The notes beneath the pieces were generated by a model. The model was not told where the DNA came from. It did no database searches and saw only the letters and a program-made list of their open reading frames with translations. The position numbers and the translations under genes are program-made. Positions 1 to 9,338 of a stretch of DNA of 44,846 nt are shown piece after piece. The DNA is from Candidatus Rokuibacteriota bacterium (GTDB taxonomy: Bacteria; Methylomirabilota; Methylomirabilia; Rokubacteriales; DASRDR01): contig JBIOTN010000004.1 in assembly GCA_044866005.1 (NCBI GenBank), positions 1-44,846 of the forward strand, in the 5' to 3' direction. Position 1 is the stretch's first letter; the number at the start of each line of letters is the position of its first letter.

Positions 1-575
1 GGTCGAGGCATGCGTGGCGTTACTGCGGCGCTCCCCGTGAAAGTTCACGGTGGGATTGCCGGGGTCGTCCGGGGGCGCCCCGACCGTCCCCTGCGCGTGA
101 AGCTCTTGAGCCCCGCCCAGGCCTCGATGAGGCTGCCGTCCACGGTGAAGTGGTCGCTGGACAGCAGGTGTCGCTCCTCCGCCTGGGCCACCACGGCCTC
201 GAAGAAGGCCTGGGCGATATCCCCCGCCAGCAGGCGCTCCCGGTTCTTGGTGAACACCGTGACGTCCCACACCGGGTCGTCCAGGCTGAGGCCCACGAAC
301 CAGCGGTAGAGGATATTGAAGTGCAGCTGCTCCATGAGTTGCCGCTCGCTCCGGATGGAATACGGCGTCTGCAGGAGCAGCGCCCGGAGCAACTTCTCGG
401 GCGGAATGGACGGGCGCCCGGTCTTGGCGTAGAGGCGGGCGAAGTGCGGCGACAGCTCCACCAGTACGGTGTCCACCAGCGCCCGAATCGGCCGCAGGGG
501 ATGGTCCGGCGGGACTCGCTGCTCGGGCCGGATGTAGCTGAACATGTCCTGAGCCTCGCGATCGTCGCCGCGCAT
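1..575 (-). pseudogene. IS5-family transposase (DUF772 + DDE), frameshifted, truncated by window edge
   Basis: MRGDDREAQDMFSY..GRPSIPPEKLLRALLLQ..YSIRSERQLMEQL..RWFVGL..FTVDGSLIEAWA, with SD GGAGGT before ATG 575. The frame stops at 45, while the canonical continuation PPDDPGNPTVNFHGERRSNATHAST is in the -1 frame. Confidence 0.8.
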
Positions 576-647
576 GCGCACCTCCCTGTTACTTCTGAGA
601 GTGGCATGACGCATCAATCGATCCCGAGTTTTTCCGCAGACTGCTAG
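1..647 (-). mobile_element. IS5-family insertion sequence, left end (runs off window start)
   Basis: Transposase gene plus a terminal-repeat-like end GAGTTTTTCCGCAGACTG followed by CTAG (644-647), which resembles the ends and CTAG target of this IS group. Confidence 0.75.
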
Positions 648-732
648 ACCGCCGCCCAGCCGCGCGAGCCTCGCGACGAGCTCCACGAGGCGCCCGCCCC
701 GGCCATCGTCATCCTGAAACGGAGCATCGGCC

Positions 733-1060
733 GTGGACCGACGCCGGTTTCTCTCAATCGGCCCGCTGAGCGTCCGCGAGAACATCCTGATCCCCGCGTG
801 GGGGCTGGGGCCGGGGGGATGCCGACGCGCAGCTCGACGCGATCTACGCCCTGCTTCCGCAGGTGCGCGAGCTCGCGGCCCGGCGCGCCGCCTTCTTGAG
901 CGGCGGCCGGCAGAAGCTGGTCGGCCTCGCCCGGAGCTTCATGAACGGCCGGAAGCTCGTCTTCCTCGACGAGCCGTCCGAAGGTGTCGGGCCGCCGCTC
1001 GCCCGGCAGTTGCTCAAAGCCGCCTGCTGGCCACAAGGTCTACGCCATCGAGCGCGGGAC
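733..1060 (+). pseudogene. Degraded branched-chain amino acid ABC transporter ATPase (LivF-like) fragment
   Basis: Motif pieces lie in different frames: LSVRENIL, then LSGGRQKLVGLARSFM..LVFLDEPSEGVGP, then KVYAIERG. No Walker A or start is visible. Confidence 0.7.
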
Positions 1061-1112
1061 GCGGCCGAGCTGCCCCCGACGGGGCGCCGACCCGCCGGCA
1101 CGACGCGATCGA

Positions 1113-1646
1113 TCAGCCGCCGTCCGTTTCCTGGGGCCGCTTGATCTTGCCGCCCGGGCGCAGGTTCACGATGGCTTCGGGGAAGAGCTCGGCGAGCCAC
1201 TGGACGATGTCGTGGACCGTCATGACCCCGATCGGCCGGTGCTCCTCGTCCACGAGGGGAATGGTCCGGTAGCCGGCGTGGTGGAGCCGGTTGATCGCGT
1301 AGCAGATCAGGTCGTCGGGCGCGAGCGACTCGGGGTCGGGGGTCATGACCTCGCCCAGCCGCGTCCGGCGCGGGTCGCGACCCGGCACCGCCACCCGTCT
1401 GAGCAGGTCGCGCTCGGTGAAGATGCCGATGAGGCGACCTTCTCCGTCCACGATCACGACCGCGGCCCGGCGCTTGTCCGCCATCTGCGCGATCGCATCG
1501 TGCACCGTCGTGTCCGCGGAGAGCCTGATCGGCTCGCTGGGCGCGAGGAGCTTGACCGTGTCGCGCACCAGGGCGCCCTCGAGCTTCCGAAAGTCGGTCT
1601 CGAGCGACTCGGAATACTCGTCGTGGTACTCGTGAAGGCTCGTCAT
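1113..1646 (-). CDS. CBS domain pair protein
   Basis: VVIVDGEGRLIGIFTERDLLRR..EVMTPDP..IPLVDEEHRPIGVMTVHDI; SD AAGGAG before ATG 1646. Confidence 0.9.
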   Translation of the reverse strand: MTSLHEYHDEYSESLETDFRKLEGALVRDTVKLLAPSEPIRLSADTTVHDAIAQMADKRRAAVVIVDGEGRLIGIFTERDLLRRVAVPGRDPRRTRLGEVMTPDPESLAPDDLICYAINRLHHAGYRTIPLVDEEHRPIGVMTVHDIVQWLAELFPEAIVNLRPGGKIKRPQETDGG

Positions 1647-1885
1647 CGGCGCTCTCCTTGGCCCGGGCTCGCGGGGCCGGGGCCGCCCGCCTCCCGTCCG
1701 GCGCGCCGCCGCGGTCGCGACCCGCGAGAGCCGCCCCGGCCGCCCCTGACCCGCGCGTGGGGAGACTCTATGCCCAGATCGGAGGCCGGTCAACGCACTA
1801 GTTGTGCGGCCGGGCGGGGCGGGGCGGCCCCACCGCGCCGCCGTTTTTCCGCGGGAAACCGCGACCGGCTCCGTACAATGCCGCT

Positions 1886-2365
1886 GTGCTCGACGGGGCG
1901 GCGAGCGCCGATCGACCACCCACGCGACCCTACGCGGCGCTGCTGTGGGCGCTCACGGCCGGCTTCTTCCTGCGCGTGCTGGGTCAGGCCCTCGTCGCGT
2001 TCCTCGACGTGCGCGGCCTCCCGTCGATGTCGGAGTGGTACTCCGGCCTCGTGCCGTACCCGCTTCTCTTGCCGATACAACTCCTGATCGTCGCCCTGCT
2101 CGTCGCGGTGTGCTCCGACTTTTCGCGGGGTACGGGCCTCTTCGTGGAGCCCCGGCCCCGTCTCGGGCGCTGGCTCCGGTGGCTCAGCGGCCTCTACTTC
2201 GCCGGCATGGCGGCCCGCTACGCGGTGACCATGGCCCTCCACCCGGAGCGCCGCTGGCTGGGCACCGGCACGATCCCGATCATCTTCCACTGGGTCCTGG
2301 CGGCGTTTCTCTTCGTCTTCGCCCACTTCCACATCCGCGCGGCGCGCGCGGGCGGGCCCGCGTGA
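1886..2365 (+). CDS. Hypothetical integral membrane protein (about 4 TM)
   Basis: Hydrophobic segments (ALLWALTAGFFLRVLGQ, PYPLLLPIQLLIV, GTIPIIFHWVLA). The stop overlaps the next ATG (TGATG). The start is uncertain; GTG 1886 follows a TACAAT. Confidence 0.75.
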   Translation: MLDGAASADRPPTRPYAALLWALTAGFFLRVLGQALVAFLDVRGLPSMSEWYSGLVPYPLLLPIQLLIVALLVAVCSDFSRGTGLFVEPRPRLGRWLRWLSGLYFAGMAARYAVTMALHPERRWLGTGTIPIIFHWVLAAFLFVFAHFHIRAARAGGPA

Positions 2366-3021
2366 TGACCGAGCCCGACGTCACGCTGACGGATTACGCC
2401 CTGGCGGTCGAGAGCGGGATCTTCGCCTGGCTCATCGGCCGGGGCCGGGGGGCGGGCCGGCCCCTGGCCGGATGGTTCAGCGTCTTCTTCGGCGCGGCGG
2501 CCGCGGCCGCGCTGACGGGCGGGACGGTCCACGGCTTCTTCCTCGACGCGAGGACGCTCGGGGCGCGCCTGCTCTGGCCGGCGAGCCTCCTCGCGATCGG
2601 TGTCAGCGCGCTCGCCGCCTGGGCCATCGGCGCCCGGCTGGCGTTCCCCGGCCGCGTCGCCCGGGCCGTCACGCTGGTGGCCGGCGTGGCGTGGCTCGCC
2701 TACGCGGCGCTCGTGCTCTCCGGCCGCCAGGCCTTCCTGATCGCCGTCCTCGACTACCTCCCGGCCGCCACGTTCCTCCTGCTCGTCTTCGCCAGGGAGC
2801 ACGGACGGACGCGCGCGCCCGCTCTGCTCGCGGGGACGCTCGGGCTCCTGGCCATGTTCGTCGCATCGGGGCTCCAGCAGGCGGGGATCGCACTCCACCC
2901 CGTCTACATGAACCACAACGCCCTCTACCACCTGATCCAGGCCGGCGCCCTGCTCCTCGTCTTCACCGCGGGCCGGTGGCTCGTGGCGGCAGAGGCCGGC
3001 GAGGGGAGGGGTCGATGCTGA
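2365..3021 (+). CDS. Multi-pass membrane protein (DUF6962-like)
   Basis: MTEPDVTLTDYALA..GGTVHG..NHNALYHLIQ; about 7 hydrophobic helices; translationally coupled on both sides. Confidence 0.75.
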   Translation: MTEPDVTLTDYALAVESGIFAWLIGRGRGAGRPLAGWFSVFFGAAAAAALTGGTVHGFFLDARTLGARLLWPASLLAIGVSALAAWAIGARLAFPGRVARAVTLVAGVAWLAYAALVLSGRQAFLIAVLDYLPAATFLLLVFAREHGRTRAPALLAGTLGLLAMFVASGLQQAGIALHPVYMNHNALYHLIQAGALLLVFTAGRWLVAAEAGEGRGRC

Positions 3022-4499
3022 CTCGGCGCCGCTTTCTGATGAGCGGTCTGGCCCTCGCCTCGTGGCCCGCAGCCTGCGCCCGGCCCCGGCCTGCGGCGAC
3101 GCCCGTCGTCGTCAACGACGTCCACGCGCAGCTGAACCCGACCGCGGTGGACCGGGTGGTGCGCGTGGACTCCATCGAGGCGGTTCGCGAGGCGCTGCGG
3201 CAGGCCCGCGCGTCGGGGAAGGCGGTCAGCATCGCCGGCGGCCGACACGCCATGGGCGGGCAGCAGTTCGGCGCCGGCACGGTGCTCCTCGACACGACCG
3301 CGATGGCCCGGGTGCTCCGCTTCGATGCCGAACGGGGTCAGATCGAGGTGGAGGCGGGCATCCAGTGGCCGGCGCTGATCGACTATCTGCTCACCGCGCA
3401 GCGGGGGCGCCCGCGGTCGTGGGGCATCGTCCAGAAGCAGACCGGCGCGGATCGTCTGACGCTCGGCGGCGCGCTCGCGGCGAACGTCCACGGCCGCGGT
3501 CTTCGCTTCAAGCCGATCGTCGACGACGTGGAATCCTTCGTGCTCGTGGACGCCGAGGGTCGACCGCGGACCTGCAGCCGCCAGGAGAACCCGGAGCTCT
3601 TCCGGCTCGCCATCGGCGGCTACGGGCTGTTCGGCGTCATCACGGCGGTGACGCTGCGTCTCGCGCCGCGCAGGAAGCTCGAGCGCGTCGTCGAGGTGAT
3701 CGACGTCGAGGGCCTGATGCCGGCGATCGAGCGGCGGATCGCCGACGGCTTTCTCTACGGGGATTTTCAGTACGCCACCGACGCGGAATCCGACGAATTT
3801 CTCCGGCGTGGCGTCTTCTCCTGCTACCGCCCCGTGGACGACCGGACGGCGATGCCGCCGGTTCAGAAGGAGCTCTCGGTGGAGGACTGGAACCGGCTCC
3901 TCTACCTCTCGCACGCGGACAAGAAGCGCGCCTTCGAGGTCTACTCGACCTATTACCTCTCCACGACGGGGCAGCTCTACTGGTCGGACACGCACCAGCT
4001 GAGCGTCTACGTCGACGACTACCATGCCGCGCTCGACCGGCGCCTCGGCGCGCCCCACCGGGCGACGGAGATGATCACCGAGATCTACGTGCCCCGAGGC
4101 GCGCTCGCGGGCTTCCTGGCCGACGCGCGTGAGGCGTTGCGCGCCGCCCGGACGGAGGTCGTCTACGGGACGATCCGGCTCATCGAGCGGGACGACGAGA
4201 GCTTCCTGGCATGGGCGCGGCAGCCGTGGGCGTGCGTGATCTTCAACCTGCACGTCGTGCACACGGCGGCGGGACTGGAGCGCGCTCGCGAGGCCTTCCG
4301 CGGGTTGATCGACCTCGGCATCCGGCACGGCGGGAGCTACTACCTGACCTACCACCGGTGGGCCGCGCGCGCCCAGGTCGAGCGCTGCTACCCCCGGTTC
4401 GGGGAGTTCCTCCGCCTCAAGCGGCGGCACGATCCGCGGGAGACCTTCCAGTCCGACTGGTACCGCCACCACCGGGCGATGTTCGCCGACGCGCTGTAG
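3015..4499 (+). CDS. FAD-linked oxidoreductase (FAD_binding_4/ALO-like) with Tat/lipoprotein signal
   Basis: MLTRRRFL..PAAC; AGGRHAMGGQ, VEAGIQW, TLGGALAANVHGR, LFRLAIGGYGLFGVIT; C-terminal GGSYYLTY..LKRRHDP. Confidence 0.88.
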   Translation: MLTRRRFLMSGLALASWPAACARPRPAATPVVVNDVHAQLNPTAVDRVVRVDSIEAVREALRQARASGKAVSIAGGRHAMGGQQFGAGTVLLDTTAMARVLRFDAERGQIEVEAGIQWPALIDYLLTAQRGRPRSWGIVQKQTGADRLTLGGALAANVHGRGLRFKPIVDDVESFVLVDAEGRPRTCSRQENPELFRLAIGGYGLFGVITAVTLRLAPRRKLERVVEVIDVEGLMPAIERRIADGFLYGDFQYATDAESDEFLRRGVFSCYRPVDDRTAMPPVQKELSVEDWNRLLYLSHADKKRAFEVYSTYYLSTTGQLYWSDTHQLSVYVDDYHAALDRRLGAPHRATEMITEIYVPRGALAGFLADAREALRAARTEVVYGTIRLIERDDESFLAWARQPWACVIFNLHVVHTAAGLERAREAFRGLIDLGIRHGGSYYLTYHRWAARAQVERCYPRFGEFLRLKRRHDPRETFQSDWYRHHRAMFADAL

Positions 4500-4508
4500 C
4501 GCGCGACC

Positions 4509-5279
4509 TCAGCCCCGGTCGCGCGTCCAGAAGCCCTGGGGATCGAACCGGCGGATGACCTCGAGCTCCTCGGCCGTCGGGACCACGGTCTCCGTGACCG
4601 TCGCCGCGCACCGGAGCGGCCAGCCGGTCTGCGTGGCTACCTCCGCGACGGTGACCCCGGGATGCGTCTTCACGAGGACCATCTCGCCCGTCGTCGGGTC
4701 GAACCGGAAGAGGCCGAGCGTCGTGATGACGGCGGAGGGCCCGCCCCCGGGCAAGCCCACGCGCCGCCGCCAGTCACCGCCTTCGCCGAAGCCCGGCGAG
4801 GTGACGTAGTCCACCCGCTCGACGAACCGCCGCCGCTCGTGCGCCATGATGACGACGTGGCGGCGGGAGAGCGAGGCGATGTCGCCCCCGCCGCCCGAGC
4901 CGGGCAGGCGGGTCGCGCTGCCGGTCGCGCCGACGTACGAGGTGTTCAGGTTCCCGAAGCGGTCGATCTGCGCCCCGCCGATGAAGCCGAGGTCCACGCG
5001 CCCTGACTGGAGCAGGGCCATGATCTCCCGCATCTCCGTGCACCAGAGGGCGCCGAGGACGTTCGGGCCGTCCGACATCGTGACGAGGAAGGCGAGCGCC
5101 GGGCTGTCGCGGACGACCCCGTTCTCGAACAGGCCGACGGCCCGCGGGGCGTGCGTGGCGCGCGCCAGGCTGAAGGCGAGCAGCGGCAGCCGCATCCCCA
5201 CGAAGACGACCTCGCCGTCACGGATCTCCCGCGCGGCCGCGACGACCATCAGCTCGCCCGCCGTGTAGGCCCGGCGCAC
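4509..5279 (-). CDS. CoA-transferase beta subunit (glutaconate/3-oxoadipate CoA-transferase type)
   Basis: AAREIRDGEVVFVG, FENG, GGAQIDRFGNLN, LPGSGGGGDI, VDYVTSPG. The GTG start at 5279 is inferred. Confidence 0.9.
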   Translation of the reverse strand: MRRAYTAGELMVVAAAREIRDGEVVFVGMRLPLLAFSLARATHAPRAVGLFENGVVRDSPALAFLVTMSDGPNVLGALWCTEMREIMALLQSGRVDLGFIGGAQIDRFGNLNTSYVGATGSATRLPGSGGGGDIASLSRRHVVIMAHERRRFVERVDYVTSPGFGEGGDWRRRVGLPGGGPSAVITTLGLFRFDPTTGEMVLVKTHPGVTVAEVATQTGWPLRCAATVTETVVPTAEELEVIRRFDPQGFWTRDRG

Positions 5280-5283
5280 GGAC

Positions 5284-6198
5284 CTAGCAGCCGTAGTCCA
5301 CGGGCGCCGCCCACCGCGCGGCCTTGGGCCGGAGGGCATCGAGCCGCGCGGGCCCGAGCTTGTCGAGATAGGCGGCATGGTCGGGCAGGTCGAGCACCCA
5401 CTCGCCGAGCCAGGCCCGCGCGCCTTCCGCCGAGCCCGTCCGCCCGTGATAGTCCGCGTACACCGCGTCGTCGCGGTTGTAGTGCCCCTGGACGGGAGAG
5501 GGGTGGGCCCCCCACGGGAGGTGAACGACCGCGGCGACCAGGAAGCCGGGCAGGAGGAGCCGGTTGGGGTCGCTGCGGATGACGTCGGGGGCGACCAGCT
5601 CCTCGCACACCACGATGACCGTCCGGCTCGCCTTGCCCGCGGCCGCGGTCACGCCGGTCGGCCCCCAGGCCTGGCAGTTGCCCTCGGCGTCGGCCCGCTG
5701 GACGTGGAGGATGGCCACGTCGGGCGCGAGTGCCGGCACCAGCACGAGGGGCAGGCCCGTGAGCGGGCACGGGGCGACCCGGAGGCGCGAGTTGCGCCGC
5801 AGCACGTCCGAGCCGAGGAGCGTGCGCGTCGGGAGGTAGGGCACGCCCATCGCGGCGGCCTCCAGGCCGAGCGCGATGGTGAAGTTCGAGTGGTCCTCGA
5901 CCTCGAGCGGGCGCGGTACACCCTGCTCCACGGCGCGCCGGAAGCCGTAGCCGGAGCCGTGCTGCACGTTCCCGACCCACGCGGCCACGACCCGCCGGGC
6001 GCAGCCGGCCGCGATGAGCTGGTCGAAGCAGACGTCGGAGATCGGGCCGATCAGCGTGAGCTCGCGCCGCGCCTGGCGGATCAGTTCGTGGGCGGCCGCG
6101 AAGGGGATGAGGCCCTCGAGGGCGGTGCCGAGGACGACAGCGGCGCCGTCGGGGACGTGCTGCCGCACGGCCTCCGCCAGCGCCACGACCTTACTCAT
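5284..6198 (-). CDS. CoA-transferase alpha subunit
   Basis: MSKVVALAEAV..PFAAAHELIRQ..AAAMGVPYLP..PDVAILHVQRADAEGN..PWGAHPS. Confidence 0.9.
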   Translation of the reverse strand: MSKVVALAEAVRQHVPDGAAVVLGTALEGLIPFAAAHELIRQARRELTLIGPISDVCFDQLIAAGCARRVVAAWVGNVQHGSGYGFRRAVEQGVPRPLEVEDHSNFTIALGLEAAAMGVPYLPTRTLLGSDVLRRNSRLRVAPCPLTGLPLVLVPALAPDVAILHVQRADAEGNCQAWGPTGVTAAAGKASRTVIVVCEELVAPDVIRSDPNRLLLPGFLVAAVVHLPWGAHPSPVQGHYNRDDAVYADYHGRTGSAEGARAWLGEWVLDLPDHAAYLDKLGPARLDALRPKAARWAAPVDYGC

Positions 6199-6258
6199 CG
6201 GCAGCCTGGACCGGGCCGCTCGATCGGCCGCCGCGGCCGAGCGGGCGGCCGTTCGGCA

Positions 6259-7278
6259 TCAGCGGAGCTTGTGGCGGCCCAGCCGCACTGCCGCGATCTC
6301 GGTCTCCGGCACGGCGGTCTCCACGACCAGCGTCTGCTTGGCGAAGTCGATCGAGCGGACGACCCCGAGCCCGAGGGTCTCCCGCCGCACGTCGTCCAGG
6401 CCGGCCAGCACACCCTGGAAGTCGTCCAGCGAATAGTTGGCGAGCCCCAGCTCCTCGTGCCGCTTCTGGATCATCCGGACCTGCGGCTCCCTGAGCGGGT
6501 CCGGCGTGACCAGGACGAGCTCGGTGCCGCGGCGCTCCGCCCAGAGCACCATGTCGTCGAGAATGGCCGCGAGGTCCTCCACCTGGCGCGGCGGTAAGGG
6601 CTGGCCGACGAACAGAGCCGGCTGCCGGAGCGTGATCCGGCCGAGATCGAGGGACACCGGGCGGGCGCCGGCGAAGTACGCCTGGAGGCTGCGCTCGCGG
6701 TGCTGGCGCCGCTCGTCCTGCGACCGCCGGCGCGTCGCGCCCGACGAGGCCAGGCGTCCGATGGCCGGCCGGGCGCCGGCCTCGTACGGCCGCACGATGT
6801 GCTCGCACTCGTCGTTGCGCTGGAGGCAGAGGACGAGGTCCGGCTCGACCAGGTCGATCTTGTGCTGCTTCAAGAGCCGGCCCATCTCCCCCTGGACCAG
6901 GCCCGAGGTGTCCACGATCACGCGATCGAAGCCGAGGTGGAGCGCCTTCTCGGTCATGAGGCGGGTGCCGAGCACGGTCGGGAGCAGGTGGCCCTGCGGG
7001 GAGGTCGAGCCCACGAAGTAGAGACCGACCACCTCGGCGTCCCCCAGCCGCTCGACCGGCTGCCGCAGCCGCCCCAGGCCCACCGTGGTCGGCGGCCCGA
7101 TGTCGGACTGCCCGAGGTCGGCGTCCACCACGCCCACCGAGAAGCCGCGCTCGAGGAGGGTGCCGGCCAGGAAGAGGGTGAAGCTCGTCTTGCCGGTGTC
7201 CGTCTCGCCGATCACGAGGGTCACCCGCGCTTCCGCCGCGCGGGCGACCGCCGACTCCCAGGTCGGGTCGACCGTCAT
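6259..7278 (-). CDS. Clp1/Grc3-family polynucleotide 5'-hydroxyl kinase
   Basis: Walker A GETDTGKT, VVDADLGQSDIGPPTTVG, FVGSTSP, VIVDTSG, clasp RRRSQDERRQHRE. Confidence 0.85.
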   Translation of the reverse strand: MTVDPTWESAVARAAEARVTLVIGETDTGKTSFTLFLAGTLLERGFSVGVVDADLGQSDIGPPTTVGLGRLRQPVERLGDAEVVGLYFVGSTSPQGHLLPTVLGTRLMTEKALHLGFDRVIVDTSGLVQGEMGRLLKQHKIDLVEPDLVLCLQRNDECEHIVRPYEAGARPAIGRLASSGATRRRSQDERRQHRERSLQAYFAGARPVSLDLGRITLRQPALFVGQPLPPRQVEDLAAILDDMVLWAERRGTELVLVTPDPLREPQVRMIQKRHEELGLANYSLDDFQGVLAGLDDVRRETLGLGVVRSIDFAKQTLVVETAVPETEIAAVRLGRHKLR

Positions 7279-7291
7279 ATCGGGCCGGGGC

Positions 7292-8497
7292 TCACCCCGC
7301 GAGCCGGGCGCAGGCCGCCTCGATCCGGGCCAGGCCCTCGCGGATCGTCTCGAGGCCGCACGCGTAGGAGAGTCGGACGTGCCGGTCCGAGCCGAAGTCG
7401 AGGCCGGGCACGACCGCCACACGGGCCGCCTCCAGGAGGAACGCCGCCACGTCGGCCGAGCCGGCCAGGACCGTGGCCTCGAATCGCCGGCCGAAGAGGC
7501 CGGAGACGTCGGGAAAGGCATAGAAGGCGCCCTGCGGCGTCACGCAGCGGAGGCCCGGGATCCGGTTGAGCCCCTCCACGATCACGCGGCGACGGCGGTC
7601 GAACTCGCCGGCCATCTTCGCCACGTCGTCCTGTGGCCCCGCGAGCGCCTCGACCGCCGCCCACTGGGCCAGCGAGGTGGGGTTCGACGTGCACTGGCTC
7701 TGGAACTCCGCCATCGCGCGGATGACCTCGCGGGGACCGGCCGCGTAGCCGATGCGCCACCCCGTCATGGCGTACGCCTTGGAGCAGGTGTGGACGACGA
7801 TGGTCCGCGCCTGGATCTCGGGCGAGAGTGTCGCGATGCTGGGGAGCCGTCCCTCGTAGGAGAGGGCCTCGTAACACTCGTCGGAGACGACCCAGAAGCC
7901 GCGCTCGACGGCGAGCGCGGCGACCGCCTGGAGGTCGGCACGCGGGTAGACGGCGCCGGTGGGGTTGTTCGGCGTGTTGAGGATGAGCGCCTTCGTGCGG
8001 GGGGTCACCGCCGCGCGCAGCGCGCCCACGTCGAGCTGGAAGCCGCGCGCCTCGTCGGTCGGGATGACGACGGGTATCCCCTCGCAGAGCCGGACCTGCT
8101 CGGTGTAGCTCACCCAGTAGGGCGCGGGCACGAGCACCTCGTCGCCGGGACCCACGAGCACGGCGCACAGGTTGTAGAGGCTGTGCTTCGCGCCCACGGA
8201 GACGATCACGTCGGCCGGCTCGTAGTCCAGGCCGTTGTCGCGCCGGAGCTTCGCGCAGGCCGCGGCCCGCAGCTCGGGGATGCCAGCGGCGTCCGTGTAC
8301 TTGGTCTGCCCCTCGGCAAGGGCCCGGACGGCGGCCGCCTTCACCCGCTCGGGCGTGTCGAAGTCGGGCTCCCCGGCGCCGAACGAGATCACGTCGAGGC
8401 CCTGGGCCTGCATGGCCCGCGCTTTCGCCGCGACGGCGAGGGTCGACGAGGGCCGGAGGCGCCGGGCACGCTCGGCCAGCGGTCCCGGATTGCTCAT
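7292..8497 (-). CDS. PLP-dependent aminotransferase class I/II (aspartate aminotransferase-like)
   Basis: GEPDFDTP, NTPNNPTGAVY, SDECYE, SKAYAMTGWRIGY, PQGAFY, VRLSYA. Confidence 0.95.
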   Translation of the reverse strand: MSNPGPLAERARRLRPSSTLAVAAKARAMQAQGLDVISFGAGEPDFDTPERVKAAAVRALAEGQTKYTDAAGIPELRAAACAKLRRDNGLDYEPADVIVSVGAKHSLYNLCAVLVGPGDEVLVPAPYWVSYTEQVRLCEGIPVVIPTDEARGFQLDVGALRAAVTPRTKALILNTPNNPTGAVYPRADLQAVAALAVERGFWVVSDECYEALSYEGRLPSIATLSPEIQARTIVVHTCSKAYAMTGWRIGYAAGPREVIRAMAEFQSQCTSNPTSLAQWAAVEALAGPQDDVAKMAGEFDRRRRVIVEGLNRIPGLRCVTPQGAFYAFPDVSGLFGRRFEATVLAGSADVAAFLLEAARVAVVPGLDFGSDRHVRLSYACGLETIREGLARIEAACARLAG

Positions 8498-8542
8498 CGC
8501 CGGGCCTTCGTGAAAGTGACGCTGTTTCGGCCGCCCGCGGTA

Positions 8543-8597
8543 CCGGGCCGACGTCGGACACAGGGAGGAGGCGGCCCGAGGCGCATGCCGCATACGT
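8543..8597 (-). repeat. Repeat family 1, 3' half copy
   Basis: Minus strand CGTATGCGGCATGCGCCTCGGGCCGCCTCCTCCCTGTGTCC..TCGGCCCGG matches the core and 3' arm of 42500-42619. Confidence 0.7.
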
Positions 8598-8599
8598 TT

Positions 8600-8660
8600 C
8601 TTCGGAGGGGGGCGTTGCCGCCCTCCGATGGCCCTCGCGGCGGTGGCCGGCGCCGTTCTG
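8600..8660 (+). repeat. Repeat family 2, degenerate copy
   Basis: TCGGAGGGGGGCGTTGCCGCCCTCCGATG resembles TCGGAGGGGGCCTCGACGGCCCCCTCCGATG at 41388. Confidence 0.55.
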
Positions 8661-8754
8661 ATTGTTCCGGCGGCCGGGACGGCACATCCCGGCCGTGGCG
8701 GCGAACGGCGCGGGCGGGCCTCCCTCGAGGAGCCGGAGTACGGAGGCCGGCCGA

Positions 8755-8848
8755 GGCCCCCAGAGGCCGGGACAGCCGCCAGGCCGCAGGCCGAGCGCGG
8801 CCCGACCGTGATGCAGGACGCCGCGATGCGACGGAGATCGGCCCGGGA
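8755..8848 (-). repeat. Repeat family 1, 5' portion, just after the coaD stop
   Basis: CCGGGCCGATCTCCGTCGCATCGCGGCGTCCTGCATCACGG..GCTCGGCCTGCGGCCT aligns closely with the copy at 23603-23749. Confidence 0.8.
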
Positions 8849-8852
8849 CTCC

Positions 8853-9338
8853 TCATCGCCGCGAAAACTTCTCGGCCAGCCGCTTCTCGACGCCCGGGGG
8901 CACCATGCCCGTCACCGTGCCGCCGTAGCCGGCGACCTCCTTGATCAGTCGCGAGGAGATGTAGGAATACGCCTCGTGCGGCATCAGGAACACCGTCTCC
9001 ACCTGCTCCCGGAGCTTCCGGTTCATCAACGCCATCTGGAACTCGTACTCGAAGTCGGAGATCGCGCGGAGCCCCCGCACGATGGCCCGCGCCCCTACCC
9101 GCGCCACGAAGTCCACGAGCAGGCCCTCGAAGACCATGATCTCGATGCCGCGGAGCCCGCGGGTGGCCTCCCGGATCATCTCCACGCGCTCCGCGTCGCT
9201 GAACAGGGCCGTCTTGGCGGGGTTCGTCACGACCGCCACGACGAGCTCGTCGAAGATTTGCAGGCTCCGCTCGATCAGGTCGAGGTGGCCGTTGGTCAGC
9301 GGGTCGAACGAACCGGGATAGACGGCGCGTGTCGGCAC
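8853..9338 (-). CDS. coaD: Pantetheine-phosphate adenylyltransferase
   Basis: AVYPGSFDPLTNGHLD, RGLRAISDFEYEFQMALMN, ISSRLIKE. Confidence 0.97.
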   Translation of the reverse strand: MPTRAVYPGSFDPLTNGHLDLIERSLQIFDELVVAVVTNPAKTALFSDAERVEMIREATRGLRGIEIMVFEGLLVDFVARVGARAIVRGLRAISDFEYEFQMALMNRKLREQVETVFLMPHEAYSYISSRLIKEVAGYGGTVTGMVPPGVEKRLAEKFSRR

